A program made the position numbers and the translations under genes. DNA of 64,000 nt from the human T2T-CHM13v2.0 reference genome, Homo sapiens. The notes under the pieces are model-generated. The model was given only the letters and a program-made list of their open reading frames with translations. It did not search any database and was not told where the DNA came from. Positions 58,601 through 64,000 of the stretch are shown here, piece by piece (positions within the stretch are counted from its first letter, which is position 1; every line of letters starts with the position of its first letter). The DNA lies in assembly GCF_009914755.1 (NCBI RefSeq), contig NC_060937.1; one strand, written 5' to 3'.

Positions 58601-59429
58601 TCTGTATTCAAGGAGTACTTTGAATTGGAAGATTCTAAATTCCATCCGTTTCATTGGACGGTGTCCTGGGGTGTTTCCGTAAGAACGGTCTCGGGCTGTC
58701 TGTGACATAAACTAGGACGAGGTCCAAGTGTTGCGGCGCAACACTTGGACAGGCAGTTGCTAAAGCTCTCTAGAGAGGTGAATCAAAATGTTTGGTCAGG
58801 ATCTGGCTTTTCCCCCCTATTTCACATCATGATTCAAAGGGACACCAGAGGAAAGGATTTCAACGAAGGCTCTTTTGGTCACATTCTGATCCTTTGGTAA
58901 GCCGATCTGTCTTGCAATATACATGTCCCGACGATGGAAGGGGAAAGCGAGCTGAATCACCAAACTCAGGAACGATAATATCATCGTGGCTTTTCTGCTT
59001 ATGAAACACTCCACCCGATAAGATTTGATCCCCTTCTGCAAGCTTGCTGAGATCAACACAACATTTCGCAAGCAGGCATTTGCATTGCGGGGTAGTACAA
59101 CTGTGTCCTTTCAAGAGTCTATATGTTTTATAGGCCTTTCCTGAGCGGTAAGAACAGGTCGCCAGTAAGAACAAGGCTTCTTCTGAGTGTACTTCTGCAT
59201 AAAGGCGTTCTGCGGGGGAAACCGCATCTCGGTAGGTAGGCATAGTGGTTTAGTGCTTGCCATATAGCAGCCTGGACGGGTCCCTGCAGCACCGCCATCC
59301 TCGAGGCTCAGGCCCACTTTCTGCAGTGCCTCAGGCACCCCCCCCCCCCCCCATAGCGGCTCCGGCCCGGCCAGCCCCGGCTCATTTAAAGGCACCAGCC
59401 GCCGTTACCGGGGGATGGGGGAGTCCGAG
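55627..59429 (-). pseudogene. CDC27P: CDC27 retropseudogene, second unit
   Basis: Copy at +46970 (ORFs 57361..57699, 57479..58396, 58860..59243). Confidence 0.93.
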
Positions 59430-60121
59430 ACAGAATGACTTCTTTATCCTGCTGACTCTGGAAAGCCCGGCGCCTTGTGATCCATTGCAAACCGAGAGTC
59501 ACCTCGTGTTTAGAACACGGATCCACTCCCAAGTTCAGTGGGGGGATGTGAGGGGTGTGGCAGGTAGGACGAAGGACTCTCTTCCTTCTGATTCGGTCTG
59601 CACAGTGGGGCCTAGGGCTGGAGCTCTCTCCGTGCGGACCGCTGACTCCCTCTACCTTGGGTTCCCTCGGCCCCACCCTGGAACGCCGGGCCTTGGCAGA
59701 TTCTGGCCCTTCCTGGCCCTTCAGTCGCTGTCAGAAACCCCATCTCATGCTCGGATGCCCCGAGTGACTGTGGCTCGCACCTCTCCGGAAACATTGGAAA
59801 TCTCTCCTCTACGCGCGGCCACCTGAAACCACAGGAGCTCGGGACACACGTGCTTTCGGGAGAGAATGCTGAGAGTCTCTTGCCGACTCTCTCTTGACTT
59901 GAGTTCTTCGTGGGTGCGTGGTTAAGACGTAGTGAGACCAGATGTATTAACTCAGGCCGGGTGCTGGTGGCTCACGCCTGTAACCCCAACACTTTGGGAG
60001 GCCGAGGCCGTAGGATCCCTCGAGGAATCGCCTAACCCTGGGGAGGTTGAGGTTGCAGTGAGTGAGCCATAGTTGTGTCACTGTGCTCCAGTCTGGGCGA
60101 AAGACAGAATGAGGCCCTGCC

Positions 60122-60153
<32 letters not shown>

Positions 60154-60568
60154 AAAGACAACAGCTGTATTATGTTCTTCTCAGGGTAGGAAGCAAAAAT
60201 AACAGAATACAGCACTTAATTAATTTTTTTTTTTCCCTTCGGACGGAGTTTCACTCTTGGTGCCCACGCTGGAGTGCAGTGGCACCATCTCGGCTCACCG
60301 CAACCTCCACCTCCTGCGTTCAAGCGATTCTCCTGCCTCAGCCTCCTGAGTAGCTGGGATTACAGGGAGGAGCCACCACACCCGGCTGATTTTGTATTGT
60401 TAGTAGAGACGGCATTTCTCCATGTGGGTCAGGCTGGTCTCGAACTGGCGACCCCAGTGGATCTGCCCGCCCCGGCCTCCCAAAGTGCTGGGGTGACAGG
60501 CGTGAGCCATCGTGACTGGCCGGCTACGTTTATTTATTTATTTTTTTAATTATTTTACTTTTTTTTAG

Positions 60569-60827
<259 letters not shown>

Positions 60828-62070
60828 TAGCCAGGATGGTCTCGATCTCCTGACCCCGTGATCCGTCCACCTCGGCCTCCCAAAGTGCTGGGATGACAGG
60901 CGTGAGCCACCGCCCCCGGCCTATTTATCTATTTATTAACTTTGAGTCCAGGTTATGAAACCAGTTAGTTTTTGTAATTTTTTTTTTTTTTTTTTTTTTT
61001 TGAGACGAGGTTTCACCGTGTTGCCAAGGCTTGGACCGAGGGATCCACCGGCCCTCGGCCTCCCAAAAGTGCGGGGATGACAGGCGCGAGCCTACCGCGC
61101 CCGGACCCCCCCTTTCCCCTTCCCCCGCTTGTCTTCCCGACAGACAGTTTCACGGCAGAGCGTTTGGCTGGCGTGCTTAAACTCATTCTAAATAGAAATT
61201 TGGGACGTCAGCTTCTGGCCTCACGGACTCTGAGCCGAGGAGTCCCCTGGTCTGTCTATCACAGGACCGTACACGTAAGGAGGAGAAAAATCGTAACGTT
61301 CAAAGTCAGTCATTTTGTGATACAGAAATACACGGATTCACCCAAAACACAGAAAGCAGTCTTTTAGAAATGGCCTTAGCCCTGGTGTCCGTGCCAGTGA
61401 TTCTTTTCGGTTTGGACCTTGACTGAGAGGATTCCCAGTCGGTCTCTCGTCTCTGGACGGAAGTTCCAGATGATCCGATGGGTGGGGGACTTAGGCTGCG
61501 TCCCCCCAGGAGCCCTGGTCGATTAGTTGTGGGGATCGCCTTGGAGGGCGCGGTGACCCACTGTGCTGTGGGAGCCTCCATCCTTCCCCCCACCCCCTCC
61601 CCAGGGGATCCCAATTCATTCCGGGCTGACACGCTCACTGGCAGGCGTCGGGCATCACCTAGCGGTCACTGTTACTCTGAAAACGGAGGCCTCACAGAGG
61701 AAGGGAGCACCAGGCCGCCTGCGCACAGCCTGGGGCAACTGTGTCTTCTCCACCGCCCCCGCCCCCACCTCCAAGTTCCTCCCTCCCTTGTTGCCTAGGA
61801 AATCGCCACTTTGACGACCGGGTCTGATTGACCTTTGATCAGGCAAAAACGAACAAACAGATAAATAAATAAAATAACACAAAAGTAACTAACTAAATAA
61901 AATAAGTCAATACAACCCATTACAATACAATAAGATACGATACGATAGGATGCGATAGGATACGATAGGATACAATACAATACGATACGATACAATACAA
62001 TACAATACAATACAATACAATACAATACAATACAATACAATACGCCGGGCGCGGTGGCTCATGCCTGTCA

Positions 62071-62322
<252 letters not shown>

Positions 62323-62578
62323 TCAAAAATAAATACATAAATAAATACATACATACATACATACATACATAAATTAAAATAAATAAATAAAATAAAATAA
62401 ATAAATGGGCCCTGCGCGGTGGCTCAAGCCTGTCATCCCCTCACTTTGGGAGGCCAAGGCCGGTGGATCAAGAGGCGGTCAGACCAACAGGGCCAGTATG
62501 GTGAAACCCCGTCTCTACTCACAATACACAACATTAGCCGGGCGCTGTGCTGTGCTGTACTGTCTGTAATCCCAGCTA

Positions 62579-62872
<294 letters not shown>

Positions 62873-63552
62873 TTAACTTCATTTTATGTTATTATCGTGA
62901 TTGATGTTTCGAGACGGAGTCTCGGAGGCCCGCCCTCCCTGGTTGCCCAGACAACCCCGGGAGACAGACCCTGGCTGGGCCCGATTGTTCTTCTCCTTGG
63001 TCAGGGGTTTCCTTGTCTTTCTTCGTGTCTTTAACCCGCGTGGACTCTTCCGCTCGGGTTTGACAGATGGCAGCTCCACTTTAGGCCTTGTTGTTGTTGG
63101 GGACTTTCCTGATTCTCCCCAGATGTAGTGAAAGCAGGTAGATTTGCCTTGCCTGGACTTGCCTGGCCTTGCCTTTTCTTTCTTTCTTTCTTTATTACTT
63201 TCTCTTTTTCTTCTTCTTCTTCTTCTTCTTCTTCTTCTTCTTCTTCTTCTTCTTCTTCTTCTTTTTTTTTTGAGACAGAGTTTCACTCTTGTTGCCCAGG
63301 CTAGAGGGCAATGGTGCGATCTCGGCTCACCGCACCCTCCGCCTCCCAGGTTCAAGCGATTCTCCTGCCTCAGCCTCCTGATTAGCTGGGATTACAGGCA
63401 TGGGCCACCGTGCCTGGCTGATGTTTGTACTTTTAGTAGAGACGGTGTTTTTCCATGTTGGTCAGGCTGGTCTCCCACTCCCAACCTCAGGTGGTCCGCC
63501 TGCCTTAGCCTCCCAAAGTGCTGGGATGACAGGCGTGAGCCACCGCGCCCAG

Positions 63553-63603
<51 letters not shown>

Positions 63604-64000
63604 CGCTCGCTTGCTTGCTTGCTTTCGTGCTTTCTTGCTTTCCCGTTTTCTTGCTTTCTTTCTTTCTTTCGTTTCTTTCATGCTTGCTTTCTTGCTTGCT
63701 TGCTTGCTTTCGTGCTTTCTTGCTTTCCTGTTTTCTTTTTCTTTCTTTCTTTCTTTCTTTCTTTTGTTTCTTTCTTGCTTGCTTTCTTGCTTGCTTGCTT
63801 GCTTTCGTGCTTTCTTGCTTTCCTGTTTTCTTTCTTTCTTTCTTTCTTTTGTTTCTTTCTTGCTTGCTTTCTTGCTTGCTTGCTTTCGTGCTTTCTTGTT
63901 TTCTCGCTTTCTTTCTTTCTTTTGTTTCTTTCCTGCTTGCTTTCTTGCTTGATTGCTTTCGTGCTTTCTTGCTTTCTTGTTTTCTTTCTTTCTTTTGTTT

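Overview
Human (hominid) ribosomal DNA tandem array, + strand, with no real protein-coding genes. The window holds one complete 47S/45S pre-rRNA transcription unit (TSS 19583; 18S 23238-25106; 5.8S 26189-26345; 28S 27514-32598) between two intergenic spacers (IGS). The repeat period is 46,970 bp: 1-17030 recurs at 46971-64000 with no difference I could see. This is a long rDNA variant, with four R (Sal-box terminator) repeats and two Long Repeats, the second carrying an extra ~1.13 kb tandem duplication in its CT tract. The IGS also contains about 20 Alus, L1 3' fragments, a CDC27 retrocopy and many simple repeats. The most interesting observations read from the sequence are: (1) a paralogous, colinear CTCF-RFX-RFX-TCF-like motif module at two or three IGS sites; (2) the CDC27 retrocopy is a ~3.8 kb TSD-flanked copy that runs through a splice donor, so probably derives from an intron-polyadenylated mRNA; (3) the extra R repeat is a chimera whose crossover maps to the Sal-box pair; (4) about 15 IGS Alus share the same TAAT->TCAT change; (5) each Long Repeat head has a nested inverted architecture. 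All long ORFs in the track, apart from the CDC27 fragments, are low-complexity or GC-richness artefacts. All comparisons were by eye; consensus sequences and literature are recalled, not searched.
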